NCBI GenBank assembly: GCA_963777605.1 | Contig: CAVZRV010000013.1 | Location: 64,001 to 128,000 of the forward strand | Direction of reading: 5' to 3' | DNA length: 64,000 nt | From: an uncultured Acidobacteriota bacterium | GTDB lineage: Bacteria > Acidobacteriota > UBA6911 > RPQK01 > JAPXNP01 | Shown: one piece after another, positions 56,588 through 64,000 of the stretch | Numbering within the stretch: the stretch's first letter is position 1 | Layout: each line of letters starts with the position of its first letter | Program-made: the position numbers and the translations under genes | The notes under the pieces: model-generated | The model's database searches: none | What the model saw: only the letters and a program-made list of their open reading frames with translations | Told to the model about the DNA's origin: nothing

Positions 56588-57868
56588 ATGCGCGCTCTGG
56601 CGAAATGGATCCGGCGATGGGTTCTGGCTCTCTTCGAGGCCGTTCGGCTTTCGGTCGAGTCGGTCTGGGCTAACCGTCTTCGCTCGGCACTGGCCATCTC
56701 GGGTGTGGTTATTGGTATCGTGACCGTCGTGCTGGTGGCCTCCGTTCTCTCCAACCTGCGTGACCAGATTGCTCTGCTCTTCCGTGAGCTGGGCACGGAC
56801 AATGTTTTTGCCTATCACCTGACCGGTGATCCCTACCAGCCGCCGACCGAGCAGGAGATCGGCCGGAAGCCGCTCAAGCCGGAGTTTGCCGGGGACCTGA
56901 TTCGTCTCGGCACTTCGATTCGCACGGTGTCGGTGCAGATCCTTGTCCCCAACATCGTCAACGGGGTCGCCGTGACGGCGCGGGCGGGGGGCAACGAATC
57001 CGACAGCGTCCTGGTCGAAGGCGTTTCTTCCAATTTCTTCGACGTGGTTGGCGCCGAGTTCAGCAGTGGCCGGCCGTTTACCGAGTTGGAGGATCGATCG
57101 GGTGCCCGCGTTGCGGTTCTGGGTCCCTCCATTGCCCGGGCCCTCTTCGGCAAGCGGTCGGCAGTCGGGCGTTCCCTGGTGCTGACTGGAGACACCTATT
57201 TCGTGGTGGGGGAGCTGGCTCGAAGGCGAGGAGGCTTCTTCGGCGAAAACCGGCAGGACAGCGTCCTGGCGATTCCTGCGGGTACCGCCCGGAAACGGTT
57301 CTCCGATGCGGATCGGACGGTGCTCTACATACAGGCGAAACCGGGGCGGCTCAACGAAGCCCGTGACGAGGCTGAGTTCATTCTTCGCCGGCTGCGGGGC
57401 CTGGGTCCGAGGCAGGCGGATGACTTTAACCTCTCCACCGCGGAGTCGATCATTCGTTCGTTCGACGAGTTGAGCGCCCGGATCGGGCTGGCGACGATTG
57501 CCCTGGCGGGCCTGAGCCTGCTGATCGGGGGAATCGGGATTGCCAACGTGATGGTGATCTCAGTGACCGAACGTACCAGGGAGATCGGCGTGCGTCTGGC
57601 GATCGGGGCCCGCAGAATCGAGGTTCTGACCCAGTTCTTGATCGAGTCGGGAATCCTCTCGGTGATCGGGGGAATCGCCGGCGTCTCGGTCTCCCTTCTC
57701 ATCGGCCTTGCCCTGAAATATGTTTTGCAAGGCTTCTCGGCGGTCCCTCCGCTGTGGGCCGTCTTATCGGGTGTCGCGGCGTCTTTTGGTGTCGGTGTAA
57801 TTGCCGGGTTCTGGCCCGCTCGCCGAGCCGCCGCCCTGGACCCGGTGGATGCCCTGCGGCACGAGTAG
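56588..57868 (+). CDS. MacB/FtsX-family ABC transporter permease
   Basis: NRLRSAL, GGIGIANVMVISVTERTREIGVRLAIGA, PARRAAALDPVDALRHE. Confidence 0.93.
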   Translation: MRALAKWIRRWVLALFEAVRLSVESVWANRLRSALAISGVVIGIVTVVLVASVLSNLRDQIALLFRELGTDNVFAYHLTGDPYQPPTEQEIGRKPLKPEFAGDLIRLGTSIRTVSVQILVPNIVNGVAVTARAGGNESDSVLVEGVSSNFFDVVGAEFSSGRPFTELEDRSGARVAVLGPSIARALFGKRSAVGRSLVLTGDTYFVVGELARRRGGFFGENRQDSVLAIPAGTARKRFSDADRTVLYIQAKPGRLNEARDEAEFILRRLRGLGPRQADDFNLSTAESIIRSFDELSARIGLATIALAGLSLLIGGIGIANVMVISVTERTREIGVRLAIGARRIEVLTQFLIESGILSVIGGIAGVSVSLLIGLALKYVLQGFSAVPPLWAVLSGVAASFGVGVIAGFWPARRAAALDPVDALRHE

Positions 57869-57970
57869 CGTTTCAAATCTCACCGCCGCTCGTGCGCACG
57901 ACTCCCATGTCCTACAAGTCGTAAAGGTCGCATGAGTCTCATGGGCTCGTGATGATCAATAAAGGGCCCC

Positions 57971-58267
57971 TCACGACTCCGAGCGAACTTTCTCGAGCTC
58001 CTTCTCCAGGGCCCTCTCGAAGCGCTGCTTCTCGTCGCCCAGGATTTTCCGGGCCTGCTCGGCTGCTTCGGGCTCGCCTGACAGGAGAGCTTTGCGAACC
58101 TTGGTTTGGGTGGCGATTTCGAGTTCCGCGGCCTTGGCGCTGTAACGAGAGCGGATGTCGGCAATCCGAGCCTTCTGGTCGTCGGTCAATTGCCGAGGGC
58201 TCGTTCCCTCCGCACGATCGAGTTTCTCCATTGCCAGGTCCAAAGCCGATTTCAGTTCGTCGCTCAT
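57971..58267 (-). CDS. Small coiled-coil hypothetical protein
   Basis: GGAGG RBS; LKSALDLAMEKL..LTDDQKARIA; helical and charged. Confidence 0.75.
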   Translation of the reverse strand: MSDELKSALDLAMEKLDRAEGTSPRQLTDDQKARIADIRSRYSAKAAELEIATQTKVRKALLSGEPEAAEQARKILGDEKQRFERALEKELEKVRSES

Positions 58268-58393
58268 CCAGTCAACCTCCACCCACCATCATAACGTAAG
58301 CTCCATATCACCAGTCAGCTCGATTCCTCGATACCACAAAGATCACTCAACGAGTGACCCGGTCAACTCAATTCAAGAATCACAAATCAAACA

Positions 58394-59512
58394 TCACAGA
58401 TGTTCTTCGACTTGCTGCCGTCCTTCGAGAAGCTCGAATTCAAGCCTGAACTCCCGGGTCTCACCTGGTTCGAGGACCGGAACACGTCCCGCCTTCCGTT
58501 CGTGGTTCCGGTTGTGTGGAAACCCCGTCGACGGTTCCAGGCCGGTCACGTAGCCGTCCTCTTCCGCGGCCAAATTCTTCCACAGGCTGAAATAGGGAAG
58601 TTGGTTGGCTGGATAGCGAAGGAGGATTCCCCGGTCACCTCCGGGCGAGGCGAGCAGTACTGCTGCCAAACCCCGGCTGTCGGCCTGGGGCCGCATGCAG
58701 TAGACCTGTTCGACAAACCCGGCCTGGGGTCCCGGGTAGAAATCGTAGGTGTCGAGATTCTCTGCCGCCCTCGCATTGATCGGCTCGACCTCGGAAACAG
58801 CCCCGTAGAAGCGGGATCCGTCACCCAGAAGTGGCTTGCCGACATTAATGTGATAGAGCAATTGAAACTCCTGCTTCTGGGCCGAGCGATTGGTGATCCG
58901 GTCGTGGACGACGAACCGGGACGAACCGACCTCAGTTCCAATTTCGCTGGTCAGTTCGAAATTGGGCCCGAAGAGCATGGTCTCCTCAACGATCCCGCAC
59001 AGTCGGAGACGATGGGGTGCTTCCCGGTCTGCCTCGAACCAGACGTCGGAGGCCGGAATGTTGGCGATCTTCCCGTGGAGAGTCAGGTTCATCTCCGCCT
59101 GGTCTCCCATGTTATTGACGAACTGATCCAGCCCTGGGGCACCCGCCCACTCCAGTCCGCAGCGAACCAGCCATTCGTTGAAACCTTCCAGCCATCCGAG
59201 ACCACCGCGGGACTCCAGGTTGACGTGCCGGGGATGAACGACCTGGCGGACCGGCGAATGCCACCCCAGCCGAAAGTCGCCCATCGTCACGTCGAGTATT
59301 CCCATGCCGCGGGTGGGAATTACTCGGATGTTGAGCCGGCCGTTGTCGAGGGTGACCAGATCGACCCCGTCCTGCTTGCCGCCTGTGAGGCGATTCATTT
59401 CGACCGACCAGGGAAGCCGGGCTGAACTCGACATCTCGTAAGAGGTCAGTTTGCCGTGAGGAATCGTTTCCTCTCCACGCGAACCAATCAAACAGTGACG
59501 TTTACGCTGCAT
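58394..59512 (-). CDS. Aldose 1-epimerase family protein (DUF4432)
   Basis: PTRGMGI, LGWHSPV, LTLHG, YHIN, YVTGLEP. Confidence 0.88.
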   Translation of the reverse strand: MQRKRHCLIGSRGEETIPHGKLTSYEMSSSARLPWSVEMNRLTGGKQDGVDLVTLDNGRLNIRVIPTRGMGILDVTMGDFRLGWHSPVRQVVHPRHVNLESRGGLGWLEGFNEWLVRCGLEWAGAPGLDQFVNNMGDQAEMNLTLHGKIANIPASDVWFEADREAPHRLRLCGIVEETMLFGPNFELTSEIGTEVGSSRFVVHDRITNRSAQKQEFQLLYHINVGKPLLGDGSRFYGAVSEVEPINARAAENLDTYDFYPGPQAGFVEQVYCMRPQADSRGLAAVLLASPGGDRGILLRYPANQLPYFSLWKNLAAEEDGYVTGLEPSTGFPHNRNHERKAGRVPVLEPGETREFRLEFELLEGRQQVEEHL

Positions 59513-59516
59513 AATT

Positions 59517-59544
59517 TCCTGTCTCCTGTCTCCTGTCTCCGGTC
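59517..59544. repeat. Heptamer tandem repeat (TCCTGTC x4) overlapping the RBS region of the DUF4432 gene
   Basis: TCCTGTC TCCTGTC TCCTGTC TCCGGTC. Confidence 0.65.
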
Positions 59545-59553
59545 TCTAGCCCT

Positions 59554-60597
59554 TCACCAAACTCTCAGTCCCTGCCGTGACAGGTAGATCGGAAGGATCG
59601 AGTACGAGCGCCCGTGGATTTCCTTCAACATCCGGCGCTTCTTGGTCATGTCCCCGTCAGAGAGGATGGTCAGCGATCCCCCGTCTCCCCCCGCCCCGTT
59701 GACCTTGCAGCCGAGAGCCGCGAAATCGCTTGCGATCTCCATGAGTTCCTCGAACTGATGGCAGACCAGGCCGGGGTGAAGGCTCCGCTGCATTTCGGTG
59801 TTTCGATTCATAGTCTCCCCGAGTCGTTCGAAGTCGGCCTCATAGACCGCGTCCTTGGCCTCGTGGGCCAAGCGGCGCAACTCAATCAGCACGGGGTTGT
59901 CCCGGGCATCGTCTCCGAGTCGCTCGATCACCTTGCGATGAATGTCGCTCGAGTTGTGGGGGCTTCCGATGAAAATGACCGACAGGCGGTTCTCCAGTTC
60001 CCACCAGACCGGATTGGCGATCTGGATGCTCGACACGCTGGCCCTGGGATACTCGTACATCTCGATGAAATTGATGCCGCCGTAGGCACTGGCCAGTTGA
60101 TCCTGGATCCCTGACTGAAGATTGAGCTTGTCGGTCTCGATCGAGTGTGCCATCGCGGCGACCTCGTGGGGAGTCAGACGGCCCCGGGTGAGCCGGTCGA
60201 GGGCGCCGATCAGCGCCACCGAGACCGCCGCGGAGGTTCCCGTCGAGGCTCCCGGAGGAGCGTCCGAGTAGACATTGAGCAAGAGCGAGAACTCGTCGGG
60301 CCAATCCATGACTTCGAGGGCGGCCTCGAGCAGGGGATGCTTGCCGTAGGCCAGCCGTTCGCGGTCAACGACATAGTCTTCCCCGTAGTTCTCGACTGAA
60401 ATGCGAATCGTGGACCGGTTCGAGAGTGGTTCCACTACTCGAAGTTGCACTTCCACGTAGGGGTAAACGGCAATGTTGAATACCGTTCCAGTACCGGCAA
60501 ACCAGGTGTCGGTCCACCCGCCAATGTCACAGACCCGGATGGGTGCTACCGCGTTGACCCGGGCACCCGCTTCAACTGCAAAATTCTGCTTGGCCAT
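59554..60597 (-). CDS. GHMP kinase (HddA / heptose-7-phosphate kinase-like)
   Basis: APIRVCDIGGWTD, PPGASTGTSAA, GIQDQ, GAGGDGG. Confidence 0.85.
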   Translation of the reverse strand: MAKQNFAVEAGARVNAVAPIRVCDIGGWTDTWFAGTGTVFNIAVYPYVEVQLRVVEPLSNRSTIRISVENYGEDYVVDRERLAYGKHPLLEAALEVMDWPDEFSLLLNVYSDAPPGASTGTSAAVSVALIGALDRLTRGRLTPHEVAAMAHSIETDKLNLQSGIQDQLASAYGGINFIEMYEYPRASVSSIQIANPVWWELENRLSVIFIGSPHNSSDIHRKVIERLGDDARDNPVLIELRRLAHEAKDAVYEADFERLGETMNRNTEMQRSLHPGLVCHQFEELMEIASDFAALGCKVNGAGGDGGSLTILSDGDMTKKRRMLKEIHGRSYSILPIYLSRQGLRVW

Positions 60598-60737
60598 CTA
60601 GAGATTGGATGCTAGATTCCTCGACGCCCACGGTCAAGTCGAACTGCTTGACCCAAAGCCCCTCGAAACTTACAATTTGACCGTCCAATCGGGCGGACCT
60701 GGCGGATCGGTCCCAACCCGTACCGTTAATTGAGGAA

Positions 60738-61337
60738 TTGGGATTGAGCTGGGAAGAACTGTTTGGGACATTATTCGGTGCCAAGCGGCCGGAGGTTTTT
60801 AATCTCGATTTGTCCGGCCGGGACCTGGTTGAGGTTCCTCCCGAGGTCTATCGCCTGGGGAGCCTCACCCAGTTGAACCTGCAGCGCAACCGGCTACAGA
60901 CAATTCCCGATGAACTACGATCCCTGGCTGACCTGATCAGCCTGGATCTGAGCTTCAATGAAATCGATGAACTTCCGAGGTCGTTCTTCGAGCTCCAGAA
61001 TCTGATCCAGCTTGATCTAAGTTACAATTCGATGGGGGCTCTACCGCAGGAAATCGAGCATCTGGGCAGTTTGGTCCAGCTGAACCTGAGCCATAATCGC
61101 TTGCGCGATTTACCCGATCAGGTGGGGTCGCTTCCCAATCTGGTGCAGTTGGACCTGAGTTTCAATCAACTCAGCCAGGCGCCGTCGGCCCTGTTTCAGT
61201 TGAAGAACCTGGTCCGACTCGACCTGGAAGGGAATAACTTGCCGTTGGATGAAGAACTTGTGGCCCGAAAAACGGAGCCGGGACTGATCCTTCGTGCCCT
61301 TAGCGGGAGCGCGGAGAATCGTTTGATGCGATCGTGA
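60738..61337 (+). CDS. Leucine-rich repeat protein
   Basis: About seven 23-aa repeats LxxLxLxxNxLxxLPxx; start codon uncertain. Confidence 0.88.
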   Translation: MGLSWEELFGTLFGAKRPEVFNLDLSGRDLVEVPPEVYRLGSLTQLNLQRNRLQTIPDELRSLADLISLDLSFNEIDELPRSFFELQNLIQLDLSYNSMGALPQEIEHLGSLVQLNLSHNRLRDLPDQVGSLPNLVQLDLSFNQLSQAPSALFQLKNLVRLDLEGNNLPLDEELVARKTEPGLILRALSGSAENRLMRS

Positions 61338-61398
61338 CACTCGATTGAGATGTCGCAAGCCTCGACGAGAGTCCGAGCGAGGCATGGAGAGACAATAG

Positions 61399-62406
61399 AT
61401 GAAGAGGCTCGACAAAATGCTGGCAGCCAGGATGGCTGCTCGGGGGACGCTCAATTACAGCCTCAAGAGGCCCATTGCCGTTTCTTTCGAATTAACCCAT
61501 TCCTGCAGTTGCAACTGCCTTCATTGTGACCATGGAGGGCGCCTCAAGAAGGAACCACGCCTGACCGCGGATGACTATCACCGGCTCGAGCGGAAACTCA
61601 AGCCAGTCCTTCTCCAGTTGTCCGGTGGAGAGCCGACGCTGCGTGAAGACCTGCTCGAAATTGCCCGGGCCGTCAAGGAACCGTCCGGGATGCCTTACTT
61701 GATCGTGGTCAGTAATTCCAGCGACCTGACGGAAGACCTGTACTTGAAGTGTATCGAGGCTGGAGTCAACCAGTTCTCGATCTCCCTCGATTTTCCCGAC
61801 GAACGGCACGATGAGTTCCGTCGCCTCAAGGGGCTGTATAAGCACCTTTCCGAGTTGATCCCTCGTCTGCAGTCGCACGGGTACGGGAACATCGTCATGA
61901 ACACCGCGATCACGCGGTGGAATCTTCCTGTCCTGGAGGACTGCTACCGGAAGGCCCAGGAGTGGGGAGTGAGCATTTCCTACAGTGCGTACACCTCCAA
62001 GCGGACCGGGGAAGAGGATTACACGATTAAGAGCCCCCAGGACCTGGAACTTCTGCGCAAGACGATTGACCGGCTCCTCGAACTGAAGCGAAATAACGGT
62101 GCGATCGTTAATTCCGATTGGACCCTTTCGGGAACCTACGATTTCTACAAGAACGGAGAGGCCCCCGGGTGCAAGGCCGGCGAGCGCTACGTCGTCGTCA
62201 ATCCAGATGGAACCTACCGGGCCTGCTCCATGTTTGACCATAAGTACGAGACCATGGGGGAGATGAAGCGGGATTTCGTGAAGAACAACCATTGTGGGGA
62301 TTGCTACGTCTCGATTCGCGCCTACCTGAGCGAAGACTATTGGACGTTGCTGAGCCAGAACGTTCGCGAGCGAGTGTTCAAGCGCCAGGATTGTGGCTGC
62401 CATTAG
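61399..62406 (+). CDS. Radical SAM protein with twitch/SPASM-like C-terminus
   Basis: CSCNCLHC (CxxxCxxC), SGGEP, ISLD; CKAG..NPDG..C..CGDC. Confidence 0.9.
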   Translation: MKRLDKMLAARMAARGTLNYSLKRPIAVSFELTHSCSCNCLHCDHGGRLKKEPRLTADDYHRLERKLKPVLLQLSGGEPTLREDLLEIARAVKEPSGMPYLIVVSNSSDLTEDLYLKCIEAGVNQFSISLDFPDERHDEFRRLKGLYKHLSELIPRLQSHGYGNIVMNTAITRWNLPVLEDCYRKAQEWGVSISYSAYTSKRTGEEDYTIKSPQDLELLRKTIDRLLELKRNNGAIVNSDWTLSGTYDFYKNGEAPGCKAGERYVVVNPDGTYRACSMFDHKYETMGEMKRDFVKNNHCGDCYVSIRAYLSEDYWTLLSQNVRERVFKRQDCGCH

Positions 62407-62433
62407 TGCCTCCAGGAGCAAGGCCTGAATCCG

Positions 62434-63183
62434 ATGGCGAAGTGGTACCAGGGGTTCTTCGACGAACTGGTCCTGGATCTTTGGAGTCGGTCCAACTCAC
62501 CGGAACAGACTGCAGCCGAAGTCGAAATGATTCAGGACCTGTGTGGCTGCCGTCCGGGCTGCCGGATTCTGGATTTGGCCTGTGGAATGGGACGACACGC
62601 TCTGGGTCTTGCCCGGTTGGGTTGCGGCGTCACGGCAGTTGACCTCTCCGGCGATGCCCTGCGGGCGGTTCGTACGTCGGCCGAACGCGAGGACCTGGCG
62701 ATCCACACGGTTCAATGCGATCTCGCGGATCTCGAAGTGCCCGGTTCCTTTGACGGGAGTTGCCTCCTGGGAAACAGTTTTGGCTATCTTGATGCCGGAG
62801 CCACACTTGGTTTTTTTCAACGACTTGCGAACTGCCTCGAGCCGGGGGCGGGGTTCCTGCTCCACACGGGAATGGCTGCCGAGTGTCTCCTCCCCAACCT
62901 GGACGAGCGGAACTGGGTCCAAGTCGGAGGAGCGCATCTCTTGCTGGAGAACGAGTACCACAGTCGGGAAGGCTTTCTCGTTACCCGCTACACCATTCTC
63001 GACGGTAAGCGTCAGGAAGCCCGGGAGGCAAAGCATTATGTCTTTACGGTCTCGGAAATCGGGAGAATGCTCGATGCCTCCGGATTTGAAACGATCGCCC
63101 ACTTCGCCTCGAGTGAACAGGATGCCTTCGACGTTGGAGATCCCGAACTCTACCTGTTTGCCTGCCGCCGATCTGAAAGGTAG
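62434..63183 (+). CDS. Class I SAM-dependent methyltransferase
   Basis: ILDLACGMGRH, AVDLS, GNSFGY. Confidence 0.9.
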   Translation: MAKWYQGFFDELVLDLWSRSNSPEQTAAEVEMIQDLCGCRPGCRILDLACGMGRHALGLARLGCGVTAVDLSGDALRAVRTSAEREDLAIHTVQCDLADLEVPGSFDGSCLLGNSFGYLDAGATLGFFQRLANCLEPGAGFLLHTGMAAECLLPNLDERNWVQVGGAHLLLENEYHSREGFLVTRYTILDGKRQEAREAKHYVFTVSEIGRMLDASGFETIAHFASSEQDAFDVGDPELYLFACRRSER

Positions 63184-63521
63184 CTGGAGCCGGTGATCAG
63201 GACTCCGAGGCCCACAATGGCGGTCAGGACCAGGAACAACGGGTCGTGGGTCGAGCGGTAATTCCAGATCAGGACAACCAGGATCACCAGCCGAACCAGC
63301 AGTGTCGTGGGGTAAAGCGGCTCCACCCGGTGCCGGATCACTTGGATCACGATGATGGCGAGTCCGAGCAGTAGCACGCCCGCCAGTCTGACCATGGCGA
63401 AATCGTAGTTCCCGGTTGAGAGGAACAGCTTGAGACTTGGCCCGGGAAAGAAGACGAGCCCGCCTCCCCCAAACAGCAAGTACAAGGCAAGGTAATAGAG
63501 GCTGAATCGTGTCCTGCTCAT
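63150..63521 (-). CDS. Small 4-TM membrane protein of unknown function
   Basis: ATG overlaps the upstream stop (ATGA); four hydrophobic segments. Confidence 0.75.
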   Translation of the reverse strand: MSRTRFSLYYLALYLLFGGGGLVFFPGPSLKLFLSTGNYDFAMVRLAGVLLLGLAIIVIQVIRHRVEPLYPTTLLVRLVILVVLIWNYRSTHDPLFLVLTAIVGLGVLITGSSYLSDRRQANR

Positions 63522-64000
63522 GGATGTGCCACCAGTTCCCGGGAGTTCTCCTTGATTTTCCGAACCGCTCCACCAATATCTGCCAGGTCTTCGTCCGGGG
63601 AGAGAAGGACCTGGTGGGGAATCACCACCGTCTCGGCGCATATCCGTTCGCTGACCGGCAGGGGCGTATTGGCCAGATCGACTTCCCTGCCGTAATAGGG
63701 GCAGGTATAGGGACAGCCTTTCGCGCCTTCCGGGATATTTTGGAACATGGGATTTCGGGTCAGCGGCCAGGGGTAACCGATGTGGCACGGGATCCCTTCG
63801 GCATTCAGGGCTTCCACGAACCGGTCTCGGGAGGCACCTGAGAACTGCGATGCGTCATATCGGAGCAGGCAAAGGTAAAGTCCGTTGACGTCGGTGTTGC
63901 TGTCGCCAGGGACGGCCTGAAGGCCTCCGATCGAGTCGAGTTCACTTGCCAGGAACTTTCTCGCGCGGTTCTTTCTGGCGATCTGTTCGTCAAGCCGCTC
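63518..64000 (-). CDS. DegT/DnrJ/EryC1/StrS aminotransferase, C-terminal part (truncated by the window end)
   Basis: Frame open from 64000: ERLDEQIARK..RDRFVEALNAEGIPC..LPVSERIC. Confidence 0.8.
   Translation of the reverse strand, partial: ERLDEQIARKNRARKFLASELDSIGGLQAVPGDSNTDVNGLYLCLLRYDASQFSGASRDRFVEALNAEGIPCHIGYPWPLTRNPMFQNIPEGAKGCPYTCPYYGREVDLANTPLPVSERICAETVVIPHQVLLSPDEDLADIGGAVRKIKENSRELVAHP

Overview
GC-rich (roughly 60-65%) bacterial chromosome segment with about 45 genes. The gene content (paralogous secreted beta-sandwich repeat proteins, DUF1080, DUF5916, DUF6600, CRTAC1-like, stand-alone MacB permeases) suggests Acidobacteriota, but that is inference. I saw no rRNA, tRNA, CRISPR array, transposase or phage gene. 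The main result is a tightly coupled minus-strand operon (11767-22899) encoding a hydrazine-synthase-like periplasmic heme complex in what looks like a non-anammox host. It contains a Rid/FkbO-like enzyme, an HZS-alpha-like protein, a CRTAC1/ASPIC-UnbV protein, a 10-heme fusion (2x cytochrome c554 + HZS-beta-like propeller + HZS-gamma-like diheme domain), a propeller protein and two orphan substrate-binding proteins. It sits divergently from a Tat-exported PaoABC-like molybdoenzyme operon with an FNR-like box. The second result is a probable secreted selenoprotein (41677-42453) with an in-frame UGA in a U-G-C motif and a bacterial SECIS-like hairpin. Seven genes carry eight single-base insertions, most likely sequencing or assembly errors. 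All family calls are from motif recognition, not database searches.
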